Origin: Desulfotomaculum sp. | GTDB lineage: Bacteria > Bacillota > Desulfotomaculia > Desulfotomaculales > Nap2-2B | NCBI GenBank assembly: GCA_003513005.1 | Contig: DOTD01000017.1 | Location: forward strand, 758 to 64,757 | Direction of reading: 5' to 3' | DNA: 64,000 nucleotides | In this document: positions 20,471 through 30,391 of the stretch, in pieces | How the letters are laid out: each line of letters opens with the position of its first letter | How positions within the stretch are numbered: position 1 is the first letter of the stretch | The notes under the pieces: generated by a model | The model's input: only the letters and a program-made list of their open reading frames with translations | Database searches by the model: none | Told to the model about the DNA's origin: nothing | Position numbers and translations under genes: made by a program

Positions 20471-20684
20471 ATAACAGATTTATATCCACCATGCAATTAA
20501 CGTTTTTTCTATTTTAGGATATGGGCGGCATTATTTACGCTGCTCAGGTTCACTCGTTCTTTGAATTAAGGCTTAAAATTGCACTTAAGGCATTGCCCTT
20601 TCTTTGTCGATGAATTTTCATCCTTTAAGCTGGCGCCGCTTAAAGCAGCATGAATATCTAATTGGTTTATATAGATAATTGGTT

Positions 20685-20713
20685 TTGACTTGTCTGGATT
20701 TATTAAGTATAAT
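20685..20713 (+). promoter_or_regulatory. sigmaA promoter of tRNA-Gly
   Basis: TTGACT-17 nt-TATAAT. Confidence 0.85.
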
Positions 20714-20740
20714 AAAATAAATATACAAAAATTGCGATTA

Positions 20741-20814
20741 GCGGGTGTAGCTCAATGGTAGAGCATCGGCCTTCCAAGCCGAGTACGTGGGTTCGATTCC
20801 CATCACCCGCTCCA
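20741..20814 (+). tRNA. tRNA-Gly (anticodon TCC)
   Basis: GCGGGTG acceptor stem, CGGC-CT TCC AA-GCCG anticodon arm, GTTCGATTC T-loop, encoded CCA. Confidence 0.97.
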
Positions 20815-20843
20815 AATATATCATTTAGTAAAGGGTGGGGATC

Positions 20844-21446
20844 ATGTTGGGCTTTAACCCTTTTGTTTCACCAAGGGCTGATCAGATAAGGCAGAAGATC
20901 AATTCTCTCAAGCAAAATCATCCTGATCTATCAAATCGTGAAATTGCCGGTATTATTACGAGTGAAAAGTGTTTAAAGTGTGCTTTGGTTGGTATAATTA
21001 CCGCTCTTCCCGCTCTGGTCCCCGGGGCCGGCTCCTTAATTTCCCTTCTCGGAGGCGCGGCGATAGACATTTTATTATTCACTTATCTGTTAGCTACGAT
21101 GGTCGTTGAAATTGCCGCAGTATTTGATCGTGATTTAACCGGCAGGGCTTTTCAGAAAGAAGCTTTTTGGGCATTTTTAATAGCTACCGGCACAGGCAGC
21201 GCCGGTAGTAAAATATCCCAATCCGTTGTAGCAGCGTTAACAAAAGAAACATTAAATGAAATGACCGAACGAGCGCTTATCTCTCTTGGAGTAAGGAGTA
21301 CCGCACGGGTAGGACTGATTCGGATTATTCCATTTTTAGGGTTGTTGTTCACAGGAGGGATAAATTACTGGGTGAGTAAAGCGATAGGTAAGCGCGCTCT
21401 TATATATTACGAAAATAGGAATTTTGCGGATGAAAGACCTTATTAA
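20844..21446 (+). CDS. EcsC-like / DUF697-type membrane-associated protein
   Basis: Gly/Ala-rich hydrophobic stretches, IAAVFDRDL and RIIPFLG...GGINY pattern; SD before ATG at 20844. Confidence 0.6.
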   Translation: MLGFNPFVSPRADQIRQKINSLKQNHPDLSNREIAGIITSEKCLKCALVGIITALPALVPGAGSLISLLGGAAIDILLFTYLLATMVVEIAAVFDRDLTGRAFQKEAFWAFLIATGTGSAGSKISQSVVAALTKETLNEMTERALISLGVRSTARVGLIRIIPFLGLLFTGGINYWVSKAIGKRALIYYENRNFADERPY

Positions 21447-23111
21447 TCATATTTCCATTATAATCGGTAAGACCATTGGCCGCCTTCTGGTTTTTTCATA
21501 AAGAAATTTATTCAGAGTTTCCCTGACCTGAGATTTGATTGCCCCCCGTTCTGAAAACCCCTGTTCAAAACAATTATCCAGAGCATTTTTTACCCTTTCC
21601 CGTGCTTCGTCCATCAATTGTTCTGACTCCCGTACATAAACAAAACCGCGGGATACAATATCTGGTCCCGCCATAATCAAACCAGTTTCTCTGTCAATAG
21701 TAACAACAACTATTAAAATACCATCCTGAGAAAGTTGTTTGCGATCACGTAAAACAACATTTCCTACGTCACCTATTCCAAGGCCGTCGACCAGCACACG
21801 ACCGGATGAAACCCTGCCGGCTAACCTTCCTGAACGATGTGTAAATTCCAGCGCCTGGCCATTTTCAATAATAAAGACTCTTGACGCTGGAATTCCCATG
21901 CTTTGGGCCAGTTCTGCATGTTTGATCAGCATGCGGTATTCGCCATGAATGGGCACGAAAAATTTCGGTTTAATAAGGTTAATCATCAACCGGAGTTCCT
22001 CCTGGCTGGCATGACCGCTTACATGAACACCCGAGATATTTTCATGGATAACATGGGCTCCCTTCTTAAATAACAAATCAATAACCCTGGAGACCAGTTT
22101 TTCATTTCCCGGGATTGGGGCTGCAGAAATTATTACTGTATCACCGGGAAGAATATCAACCTGACGGTGGTCACCCCATGCCATTCTGGTTAACGCGGAC
22201 ATTGGTTCACCCTGACTGCCTGTGCTTAAAAAAACGACCTTGTTGCTTGGGAGTTTGCCTGCCTCATCAAGTTCAACAAGTGTGCCTTCCGGTATAATAA
22301 GATACCCCAATTCACTGGCAATAGAGATAACATTGACCATACTCCGGCCAATTACGGCTACTTTACGCCCGTAATTAAAGGCAGTTGTTATTGCCTGTTG
22401 CAGACGGTGTATATTTGAAGCGAATGTGGCAATAATTATTCTTTCTTTTGCGTGCCGGAAGGTCTCGTCAAAAGTATTGCCGATAAGGCTCTCAGACATG
22501 GTGTAACCGGGCCGCTCAACATTGGTGCTGTCGGACATAAGTACTAAAACGCCTTTTTCACCAAGTCTGGCCAATTGAAATAAATCAGTCACCTGTCCGT
22601 CTACCGGTGTATGGTCGATTTTAAAATCCCCTGTGTGTACCAGAACTCCTACAGGGGTGTGGATTGCTATTGCCACAGCGTCCGGTACACTATGAGAAAC
22701 TCTGATAAACTCGACCTTAAAAGGCCCGATTACAACTGAATCCCTCGGTTTGACTACTTTTAAGCAGGCTCCGTCTGCAATACCCTGTTCCTTGAGCTTG
22801 CCCTCAAGCAAACTCAAAGTAAGCTTAGTTCCGAAAATAGGAACATCAAGTTGTTTGGACAGATAAGGCAAAGCCCCGATATGATCCTCGTGTCCGTGTG
22901 TCAATACAATTCCACGGACAGAATTTCTGTTTTCCAAAAGATAGCTGATATCAGGGATCACTACATCAATTCCTAAAAGCTCTTCTTCGGGAAACATAAG
23001 GCCACAATCAACAACCAGGATATCTTCACCCAGCTTGATTGCCATTATGTTTTTACCTATCTCACCCAAGCCGCCTAACGGAATAACGGTCAACTTTGGT
23101 TCTTTGGCCAG
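21447..23111 (-). CDS. rnj: Ribonuclease J; probable CTG start at 23111 (ATG at 23126 has no SD)
   Basis: IPLGGLGEIGKN, THGHEDHIG, HTGDFK and HVSGHAS motifs. Confidence 0.95.
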   Translation of the reverse strand: MAKEPKLTVIPLGGLGEIGKNIMAIKLGEDILVVDCGLMFPEEELLGIDVVIPDISYLLENRNSVRGIVLTHGHEDHIGALPYLSKQLDVPIFGTKLTLSLLEGKLKEQGIADGACLKVVKPRDSVVIGPFKVEFIRVSHSVPDAVAIAIHTPVGVLVHTGDFKIDHTPVDGQVTDLFQLARLGEKGVLVLMSDSTNVERPGYTMSESLIGNTFDETFRHAKERIIIATFASNIHRLQQAITTAFNYGRKVAVIGRSMVNVISIASELGYLIIPEGTLVELDEAGKLPSNKVVFLSTGSQGEPMSALTRMAWGDHRQVDILPGDTVIISAAPIPGNEKLVSRVIDLLFKKGAHVIHENISGVHVSGHASQEELRLMINLIKPKFFVPIHGEYRMLIKHAELAQSMGIPASRVFIIENGQALEFTHRSGRLAGRVSSGRVLVDGLGIGDVGNVVLRDRKQLSQDGILIVVVTIDRETGLIMAGPDIVSRGFVYVRESEQLMDEARERVKNALDNCFEQGFSERGAIKSQVRETLNKFLYEKTRRRPMVLPIIMEI

Positions 23112-23286
23112 ATCAGGCGCCTCCATTTGATTAAATAAAAAATCAAACCATTATTCAAAAAAACACATAAAATCTTTATCTTTTATTAAGCATAAAAAAA
23201 CTTGTCCTTTATAATTATATTAGAACTGGACAAGCAGAACAAGCCGTAATAATTTAGCAAGAAAACTATTTAAGGCTTTTTACATC

Positions 23287-23511
23287 TCATCTCCTTAACC
23301 AGGTCCTGTCAACATTTATCTCAAAATCCCTGCCCATTACTTCAAAGTGGTACTCCAGCGGTGATAATTTTACCATTGCTGCAAAACGGAAAGGATCAGG
23401 ATCTCCCACGGCATCGTTAAAACATTTCAAAGATTGATGCAGGCCGTACGAGACAGTTCCAATAAGGATGCCCGATATAATAATAAATAAGAATTTTCTC
23501 TGATTAAGCAA
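23287..23511 (-). CDS. Small hypothetical membrane protein downstream of spoIIP
   Basis: 74 aa with an N-terminal hydrophobic helix; SD-like GGAGG before TTG. Confidence 0.55.
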   Translation of the reverse strand: MLNQRKFLFIIISGILIGTVSYGLHQSLKCFNDAVGDPDPFRFAAMVKLSPLEYHFEVMGRDFEINVDRTWLRR

Positions 23512-23562
23512 TATCTTCCTCCGTTATCCTGATATATTTATTTTTGACTATCCTGTTAATAT

Positions 23563-24543
23563 TTAGTCGCCGCCCGAAATTTCATCGCCCAGAACATCAG
23601 CAAATAAACGGGCTGTCGCAACCGCTTCCTCTGTGGAATTACTGGCGCTCCCGATTTCTACCAGGATGGATCTGGGATGTAAGAACTGGTTATACCTTCC
23701 CTTACTGATACGTACTCCAAGACAAAGGCCCGGGTACTTTTCGTCCAGTTTCTTCGACAGATGGCTTGCGAATTGATAATTATCCTTCCAGTTTGGAAAA
23801 GGCTGCCTGGAATCAGAACCAACAATGAAGCAAAGCGGAGCTATTTGCTGGCCGTTTATTTTGACCAGGCTGTTCTTGCGTGATTTTCCCGCGTCCCGGT
23901 GAATGTCAATTATTACGGAAACCTTTGGATTATCGGATAAGAAATTACGGACAGTCTTTTCTGATTCCCTGTAGGAAACAGCATACTGCCGATCATGGAT
24001 CTTAACACTGTGAATGACTTTTAGACCGTAATTATTTTCCAGAACTTCTTTAACGGTTGAGCCGGCGGTTACAACACCACCACATTTACCCTCAAGCCTA
24101 TCCATACCGTCCGTCAAGGTATAAGTCTCACCGGTATGGGTGTGGTAAATAAAGACTGTATTCCGGCCGGTTAGGGGCTGCAATTCAATTAAAGGGTTTT
24201 CATCCGGTATTGTAACTGCGGGTTCAGTTGAATCCGTTTCTACAATTTCATCCGGTTTTATAAAGGCTAAAAGAGGTATTTCCGATTGCAGGAGAAACTC
24301 AGGTTCAAAGCTTCTCCAGGAAAGCGCACCATTGCCGTCATTTTTTTGAAAGATCAAAGGAGACGCTGCCCAAAGCAGCCATTCGGCAATATTGTCGCTT
24401 AAAGAAAAGAAATTATAAGGATTTATTTGCCTGTTGACTATAAAAGAGTTAAATCTATTGCCTGTCAAGAATAATAAAGAGAAAATGGCTAATATAACAG
24501 ATAAACGAATTACAGCATTTCGGGCAAAGACAAGGAAGAACAC
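23563..24543 (-). CDS. spoIIP: Stage II sporulation protein P (amidase/endopeptidase)
   Basis: IYHTHTGETY, DIHRDA and RYNQFLHPRSILVEIG motifs; N-terminal TM. Confidence 0.9.
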   Translation of the reverse strand: MFFLVFARNAVIRLSVILAIFSLLFLTGNRFNSFIVNRQINPYNFFSLSDNIAEWLLWAASPLIFQKNDGNGALSWRSFEPEFLLQSEIPLLAFIKPDEIVETDSTEPAVTIPDENPLIELQPLTGRNTVFIYHTHTGETYTLTDGMDRLEGKCGGVVTAGSTVKEVLENNYGLKVIHSVKIHDRQYAVSYRESEKTVRNFLSDNPKVSVIIDIHRDAGKSRKNSLVKINGQQIAPLCFIVGSDSRQPFPNWKDNYQFASHLSKKLDEKYPGLCLGVRISKGRYNQFLHPRSILVEIGSASNSTEEAVATARLFADVLGDEISGGD

Positions 24544-24576
24544 AGCGAAGGCCCCTTTCCAGTGTTTTCCTAGAAA

Positions 24577-24605
24577 ATGATATGCCTAAAAAGGGACATT
24601 TATGT
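24577..24605 (-). promoter_or_regulatory. Probable sigmaE promoter of spoIIP
   Basis: ACATAAA-14 nt-CATATCAT, fitting the B. subtilis sigmaE consensus. Confidence 0.55.
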
Positions 24606-24703
24606 GAAAGACAAAAGGGACCAGGTGTGAAATCCCTGATCCCTTATTACTTAAGACATTGATCTCCCTTTGCTGATGAATCTTCATCATCGTAACCTCG
24701 TCG

Positions 24704-25042
24704 TTAACGTAAAACCGTAGGTACAACTGCATCAATAAGTCCGATAATAAATGCCGAAATCAAGGCGCCAACCAGGTTCACACTAAGGAAACCTGGAATT
24801 ATAAACTGGGCCAGGTAAATCACAATTGCTGCTACTATAAAACCTACAATTCCTTTGCTCTGCGGACTCACCCTGTCTCCCAGGATTGCTTCGGCAAGGT
24901 ATCCTAACAGCGCTATTACAACAGCGGCTACAATGGCGCCGACAAAGCCTCCCTTAACTACAAATCCGGGGGAAAGCCAGCTAACAACGATTAGTACAAG
25001 AGCAGAAACAACAAAACGGACGATTAGACCAACCCATTGCAT
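24704..25042 (-). CDS. YvlD-like 4-TM membrane protein (superfamily IV holin-like)
   Basis: 112 aa with four hydrophobic helices and the GFVVKGGF.GA..AA pattern. Confidence 0.75.
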   Translation of the reverse strand: MQWVGLIVRFVVSALVLIVVSWLSPGFVVKGGFVGAIVAAVVIALLGYLAEAILGDRVSPQSKGIVGFIVAAIVIYLAQFIIPGFLSVNLVGALISAFIIGLIDAVVPTVLR

Positions 25043-25117
25043 TTTTATTCACCTCCTTATAAAAAAGATCATCTTTAGGATAAACAAAAAAAAGATGTTC
25101 TATACAGTCCTGGCAGG

Positions 25118-25146
25118 TTGCTTTTTTTATTAACGCATGTTAAAAT
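25118..25146 (+). promoter_or_regulatory. sigmaA promoter of rpsT
   Basis: TTGCTT-17 nt-TAAAAT with a TG extension. Confidence 0.6.
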
Positions 25147-25172
25147 GACTCTCATTGGGAGGTGAAGAATAG

Positions 25173-25439
25173 TTGGCAAATACAAAAACAGCTAAAAAAA
25201 GGATTAAGATAATCGAGAACCGCACACTTCGCAACGCAAGTATAAAATCAAATTTGCGTACTTTTATCAGGAAGTTTGAAAACGGTCTTGCGACTGCAAC
25301 CGAGGAAGAGAATAGATCAGCATTAAGGAAAGCAGTTGTTATAATTGATAAGGCAGTATCTAAAGGGATCCTCCATAAAAATAACGCTGCCCGTAAGAAA
25401 TCCCGTCTGATGCGTGCGTTTAATAAAAAAGTAGGTTAA
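25173..25439 (+). CDS. rpsT: 30S ribosomal protein S20
   Basis: MANTKTAKKR...KGILHKNNAARKKSRL. Confidence 0.97.
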   Translation: MANTKTAKKRIKIIENRTLRNASIKSNLRTFIRKFENGLATATEEENRSALRKAVVIIDKAVSKGILHKNNAARKKSRLMRAFNKKVG

Positions 25440-26530
25440 ACAAGTTTAGAAACACATTCTATAATAAACATTTCCATGGCGGAATAGAAATCCTGTCCCC
25501 CTGTTTTTACACTTAGATCCAGCTCTAGAAGCTTTTCAAGAATTTCTTTAACCTGAGCAGGTTTAAAGTTATAGCTTTGAGCCAATATCTTTTTGGCTGC
25601 AAAGGCTTGAACTCCTAGAGACTTGCTTAATTGTGCTCCTCTGTTCCCCTGTCTGGCCAGTTCATGAGCCTGCAGAATCAGTCTGAACTGCCTTGCCACC
25701 ATATAAGAAATGTATGCAAAATTGTAACCGGCTTCTAAAAGCTCTCTCAGCCCTTTAAGTCCTTTTCTTGATTCGCGTTCGCCTATAGCATCAACCATTT
25801 CAAATATGTTTTCCTCTGCGTGCGGCGACGTAATTTTAAGAATATCCTCCCCGGTTATATCATTCCGGCTCCCAGTGTAGAAGATGAGCTTGTTAAGTTC
25901 ATTTTCCAGTGTGTACATGCTTTTTCCCAAACGGTTGATAAATAGTTCCACACACTCGGGCGACATAGTTTTACCTATCCTGTCACACCGCCTGGTTAAC
26001 CATCTGAACAACTCGGCCGTTGTCAAGTAATTGAACTCAATTAAATGTCCCTTTTTGCTGATTATTTTTAAGATCTTTTTCCGCTGGTCAACCTTCTGAC
26101 CGGCATCGAAAATCAGGCAGGTTGTTTTACAAGGGTTTTCCAAGTATTTTATTAGAACTTGATCTCCGGGCGCTACAATGCCTTCCTGTTCTTTCGGACC
26201 AGAAATGTCCGGATCATCCTTCCCGTGCGATTCTGCGCGTTGTCTTTTGGGCGGCGCAAAATACGGCGAATGGTGGACGACAACAAGTCTTAGCCCTGAG
26301 AAAAAAGGCGGTGTTTCAGACAGTGAGACTATATCTCTAACTTCAGTCTCCTCGCCGTCAACATAATCAAAATTAAACTGTGCGCTTTCTTCCGTCAGGA
26401 TACGTCTCTTTAATTCCTCAATGGCCTGCCTGCGCAGATAATCCTCCTGCCCATATAATAAGTAAACGGGAGCAATTCCCTCCCGTTTGACGTTCTCCAG
26501 AAAATCAATAAAAGCACGCAAAATACTCAC
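25436..26530 (-). CDS. holA: DNA polymerase III subunit delta
   Basis: VYLLYGQEDY, ETPPFF..RLVVV, ELNKL and ENIFEM motifs; convergent with rpsT. Confidence 0.9.
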   Translation of the reverse strand: MSILRAFIDFLENVKREGIAPVYLLYGQEDYLRRQAIEELKRRILTEESAQFNFDYVDGEETEVRDIVSLSETPPFFSGLRLVVVHHSPYFAPPKRQRAESHGKDDPDISGPKEQEGIVAPGDQVLIKYLENPCKTTCLIFDAGQKVDQRKKILKIISKKGHLIEFNYLTTAELFRWLTRRCDRIGKTMSPECVELFINRLGKSMYTLENELNKLIFYTGSRNDITGEDILKITSPHAEENIFEMVDAIGERESRKGLKGLRELLEAGYNFAYISYMVARQFRLILQAHELARQGNRGAQLSKSLGVQAFAAKKILAQSYNFKPAQVKEILEKLLELDLSVKTGGQDFYSAMEMFIIECVSKLV

Positions 26531-27030
26531 TCCTTGAGAAAAGGCTGCAAAAAATTAACCAGTCCCTGAACGTCATCCGGTTCAAAGGCTGGTATGTCCT
26601 TGAAATTGTCGCAATGACCCACAGTACAGATTACTTCAGGCGCAGGATCTGCCTGCCGTGCGGGATCGCCGCTGCAGACGAGGATTTTGGGCCTGTTCGA
26701 TTCTTTATACCCTTCGGCAAGCACAATGTCAACTTCACCCATCAAATCTACAATTTGCTCCAGGAGCAACTCCTGTTCCACCTTTTTAATCATTGCCGCT
26801 TTAAAAAAAGAAGAAAGAAAAACAACATCAGCTCCGGCCTGGGAGTGCCTCCAGCTATCTTTCCCGGGGTAATCAATTTCAAAATCTCCGATATGATGAT
26901 GTTTTACTGTTCCGACTCTAAAACCCTGCCTCTTATATTCTGCAATTAGCTTTTCCACTAATGTCGTCTTGCCTGCATTCTGTGACCCTACTACGCACAA
27001 TACGAGGGGGGTTGATCTGCAGTGTTTCAT
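26527..27030 (-). CDS. mobB: Molybdopterin-guanine dinucleotide biosynthesis protein B
   Basis: GSQNAGKTT P-loop, VKHHH, GKDSWRH and EGYK motifs. Confidence 0.9.
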   Translation of the reverse strand: MKHCRSTPLVLCVVGSQNAGKTTLVEKLIAEYKRQGFRVGTVKHHHIGDFEIDYPGKDSWRHSQAGADVVFLSSFFKAAMIKKVEQELLLEQIVDLMGEVDIVLAEGYKESNRPKILVCSGDPARQADPAPEVICTVGHCDNFKDIPAFEPDDVQGLVNFLQPFLKE

Positions 27031-27464
27031 AGCACTTCAACAGGATCTCCAGTCTGCACGGGGCCGCCGGTATGTATACGGAGAAATACTCCTTCCCTTG
27101 GCATAATACAGTCATTTAACTTACGGCGGATTTCACATTCTCTATGGCATTCCTTGCCTATTTGAGTTACTTCGCCTATGGCTGAAGAGCCTATCTTAAT
27201 ACGTTTCCCGATTGTAAGGTCTTCGAAGTTCAAACCCTCAATCGTCAAGTTTTCAGCAAAGTCACCGGGTTTGATATCCATTAACCCCAACTCCTGTACT
27301 TTTCTGATGCTTTCCATGGGCAGCATACTGACCTGCCGGCGCCATGTCCCTGTATGCCCATCACCTTCAATTCCGTGCCCGGCAATTAAATTTCCTTTCC
27401 CAACGTCTGTCTTGGAAGTTCCCCTTCCGGTACTTATGCAGACAGCCCTGATTATCCCGGCCAT
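27027..27464 (-). CDS. MOSC-domain protein
   Basis: GDGHTG.WRRQVS, GDFAEN, TQIGKECH and CIMPREG motifs. Confidence 0.9.
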   Translation of the reverse strand: MAGIIRAVCISTGRGTSKTDVGKGNLIAGHGIEGDGHTGTWRRQVSMLPMESIRKVQELGLMDIKPGDFAENLTIEGLNFEDLTIGKRIKIGSSAIGEVTQIGKECHRECEIRRKLNDCIMPREGVFLRIHTGGPVQTGDPVEVL

Positions 27465-27505
27465 AATTTCAACCACCTTTCTTAATCTTTCTTAATATGC
27501 TTTTA

Positions 27506-28006
27506 TTATTCCTCTCTTTTAAATTCTCCGCTTTTGCCGCCTGCTTTAAAAATCAAACAAAGGTTATCAATTATCATTGCACGATCGACTGCCTTGCACA
27601 TATCATAAATAGTCAACGCCGATACAGAAGCGGCTGTCAGAGCCTCCATTTCAACACCTGTTTTCCCAACCGTATGCACCCTTGCTTCTACCTCCACAGT
27701 TTGCGGTTCAATCATCTTAAAATATATATCTACACCGGTTAATGTAATCGGGTGCGCCAGGGGAATCATGTGTCCGGTCCTCTTTGCGCCCATAATCCCA
27801 GCCAAACGGGCCACTCCAAGCACATCTCCTTTGGCCATGCCTCCCTTTTTAATCAACTGCCAGGTCTCGGGCAGCATTCTTATTTCACAGCGTGCAATTG
27901 CCTCGCGGAAAGTATTTTCCTTTTTGCTGACATCTACCATTCGAGCCTGGCCGTCACTGTCAAAATGGGTCAGTTTTGGATCTTTCGAGTCAGATTCTTT
28001 ATTCAA
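27506..28006 (-). CDS. moaC: Cyclic pyranopterin monophosphate synthase
   Basis: LTHFD, MVDVS, KGDVL and TGVEMEALTA motifs. Confidence 0.95.
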   Translation of the reverse strand: MNKESDSKDPKLTHFDSDGQARMVDVSKKENTFREAIARCEIRMLPETWQLIKKGGMAKGDVLGVARLAGIMGAKRTGHMIPLAHPITLTGVDIYFKMIEPQTVEVEARVHTVGKTGVEMEALTAASVSALTIYDMCKAVDRAMIIDNLCLIFKAGGKSGEFKREE

Positions 28007-28013
28007 TTCGGCG

Positions 28014-28991
28014 CTACCCTCCTATTTGATACATCATAGATCTGTAGGCGCCCAGATCAATTTCTGAATGCTTTTTTGGTTTGTTCTGTACTGAATTTGC
28101 GATAATTTCCGAGAGCGTTTTTAATGAGGCTCCACATCTTAAAGCCGTTTTTATATCTGCCTCGCCGTCCGAGTACAGGCACGGCCTCAAACCGCCGGTG
28201 GACGTGAGCCGCAAACGGTTGCATTTGCTGCAAAAATGCTCGCTTATAGCAGAAATAAATCCGATAGTGCCGGTTGCCCCTTTAAAGTGGTAATATTGGG
28301 CAGGCCCGTTTCCTTTTGGTTTTTGTATTCTGTCCAAACGCCCCAGTTTTATTTCGATTATATCCTTCACTTCCTGAGCAGGAATAAAACGTCCGCTTGC
28401 CCATGCCTGTGAGGTTCCGATGGGCATTAGTTCTATAAAACGGATATGCAGGGGCTTTTCCATAGTTAAACCTGCAAATTGAATAATCTCATCGTCGTTA
28501 AAGTCCCTGATTAATACCGTATTTATTTTTACAGGTTTGATATCTAATCTTATTGCTGCTTCAATTGATTCCCAAACCTTGTCCAGGTTTCCCCCGCGTG
28601 TAATAAACTTAAAGCGATCCTTTCGCAAACTGTCCAAACTGAAATTTACTCTTTTAAGACCGGCCTGTTTAAGCTCTTCAGCCTGTTCGGCAAAGAGGAT
28701 TCCGTTGGTTGTCAGGGCAAGATCGTCTATTTCAGGCATTGAATTAATCCTGTTGATCAGCAGACTGATTCCTCTGCGGATTAGAGGTTCTCCTCCGGTT
28801 AACCGGATCTTTTTTACACCAACGAGTGTCGATGCTTGAACTACTCTGGCGATCTCTTCCAGACTTAAAATGTCATTATGAGAAACGATATCGATACCTT
28901 TTTCAGGCATGCAATACATGCAGCGCAGATTGCAGCGATCTGTAACCGATATACGCAAATAGTCAATTTCTCTGGAGTATTTGTCCTTCAT
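28014..28991 (-). CDS. moaA: GTP 3',8-cyclase
   Basis: TDRCNLRCMYC, C..CNRLRLT..G.L.PCL motifs and C-terminal IGG. Confidence 0.95.
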   Translation of the reverse strand: MKDKYSREIDYLRISVTDRCNLRCMYCMPEKGIDIVSHNDILSLEEIARVVQASTLVGVKKIRLTGGEPLIRRGISLLINRINSMPEIDDLALTTNGILFAEQAEELKQAGLKRVNFSLDSLRKDRFKFITRGGNLDKVWESIEAAIRLDIKPVKINTVLIRDFNDDEIIQFAGLTMEKPLHIRFIELMPIGTSQAWASGRFIPAQEVKDIIEIKLGRLDRIQKPKGNGPAQYYHFKGATGTIGFISAISEHFCSKCNRLRLTSTGGLRPCLYSDGEADIKTALRCGASLKTLSEIIANSVQNKPKKHSEIDLGAYRSMMYQIGG

Positions 28992-28999
28992 TACTAGCA

Positions 29000-29104
29000 G
29001 CCTCTTTCGGTTATAGTAACTATCCTGGCGTAGTCACAGTATTTCAACGCTCGCTCTGATGCTTAAGCACCAGCAGTACAGCAGTGTGGTTTGCTTCGGA
29101 AAGC
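29000..29104 (-). ncRNA. Candidate Moco/Tuco-type riboswitch in the moaA leader
   Basis: 5' CTTTCCGAAG and 3' CCGAAAG ends, CTGGTGC-TTAA-GCATCAG hairpin, GAAATAC element, correct gene context. The usual CCTCCCG stretch is not evident. Confidence 0.5.
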
Positions 29105-30058
29105 TTACTTTCGCGCCTTTCTTTTTAAATAATCAACTACACCCTCGGCGCAAAGCTGTATATCAATAAGCGGAATAAACTCACGAAGATCAAGATTGCT
29201 GAAATCCGGTATCTGCATACTTATAAGTTGCCAAAGTTCTTCTTCAATATCTTTAACCGATCCGTTCTCCGATAATATTATCCTTCCGGCGGCGCTGGTA
29301 AACTGCTGCAGAAGCTGGCGGTTTCGTTCGAGAATGTAACTGATATTTTTCGAAATCCCAAAGTGTGAAAAATAGAGCACTTCCGGCGCAAGCCCGCCGA
29401 CCATATCACATACGTCAATTCCTTCTGCGGGATCAAATTCGGAAGGTGGAGTAGCCGGAATAACAAAATCACGTCCGATTATTCTTGACAGCGGCTTATA
29501 TACTGCGCCCAGAGCGTCGCCGCAAAAAAGGCCCCTGGTCAAGTTATCGTAAATTGCCATATGATGACGGGCATGTCCGGGTGTATAATAAAAAGTTAAT
29601 ACCCTGTCTTTTCCTAAATCAAGCTGTTCGCCTTCTTCAGGGGTATATATAAATCCCTCTTCTACAGGCTCAACCTGCCCAAAAACCTGATCAAAACAGT
29701 TATCATATACTGTATATGCCGCTCTTGTTCCTTCGACTAGCCGCGTTGGATTCATTAAATGCCCGGCGCCTCGCGGATGCACCATTAAACGGGCATTGGG
29801 TGTCTTCTTAATAAAAGTTCCAGCTCCGCCCGCATGGTCAATATGGATATGAGTTAAAATAATATAGTCTATATTAGGAAGGGAAATATTTAAGGAATTT
29901 AGTCCGGAAAGCAAGTTTTCCGTACAGGATGAAGCGCCAACCTCTACTAAAGCGGTTTTGTCGCCCCTAATCAGATATACGGAAGTTCTTTCCGGCTTTC
30001 CTCCTTCATAAATATCAATTTGATAGGTTTCTTTGCCTAAATCAACAACTTTCGACAA
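29105..30058 (-). CDS. MBL-fold metallo-hydrolase
   Basis: THIHIDHAGG, TPGHARHH and GDALG motifs. Confidence 0.9.
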   Translation of the reverse strand: MSKVVDLGKETYQIDIYEGGKPERTSVYLIRGDKTALVEVGASSCTENLLSGLNSLNISLPNIDYIILTHIHIDHAGGAGTFIKKTPNARLMVHPRGAGHLMNPTRLVEGTRAAYTVYDNCFDQVFGQVEPVEEGFIYTPEEGEQLDLGKDRVLTFYYTPGHARHHMAIYDNLTRGLFCGDALGAVYKPLSRIIGRDFVIPATPPSEFDPAEGIDVCDMVGGLAPEVLYFSHFGISKNISYILERNRQLLQQFTSAAGRIILSENGSVKDIEEELWQLISMQIPDFSNLDLREFIPLIDIQLCAEGVVDYLKRKARK

Positions 30059-30169
30059 AAAATATCCCCCCCGCTTTTTTTAATTATAAACTACCAGAGA
30101 AGTTATGACAACCGGATGCATTATAAAAAACACATTTTACTATTTCAGGAAGGAATCATATGTTTCAGA

Positions 30170-30391
30170 TCTAACAACATATTCTATGCAAGAATATACG
30201 GCGCAGCGCTGTCGATATTCCGTACCAGGACATGGCTTGAAAGCATTAAGCAGAAAAGCGCTGTAATTATGCAGAGCTATTCAATGCTTAGCGGCCGGCT
30301 GATCAACCAGCAGTCAATGCTGCTGGAACTGGCCATAGTTTTGTTGTTTCTTTTGGATATAATCTTAAGCTTGTTTAGTTTATTGCGCTAA
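30170..30391 (+). pseudogene. Probable C-terminal remnant of an RMD1/DUF155-like membrane protein gene
   Basis: FYARIYGAAL..F....W..SI..K...Y..L.....LE..IV.L...I pattern recalled from that family; no SD-supported start. Left boundary approximate. Confidence 0.4.

Noticed and set aside
24704-25042. Holin-like gene (with the amidase at 1614-2330) as a prophage lysis remnant
   Set aside because: The genes are 22 kb apart in housekeeping context, and YvlD-like proteins are commonly chromosomal.
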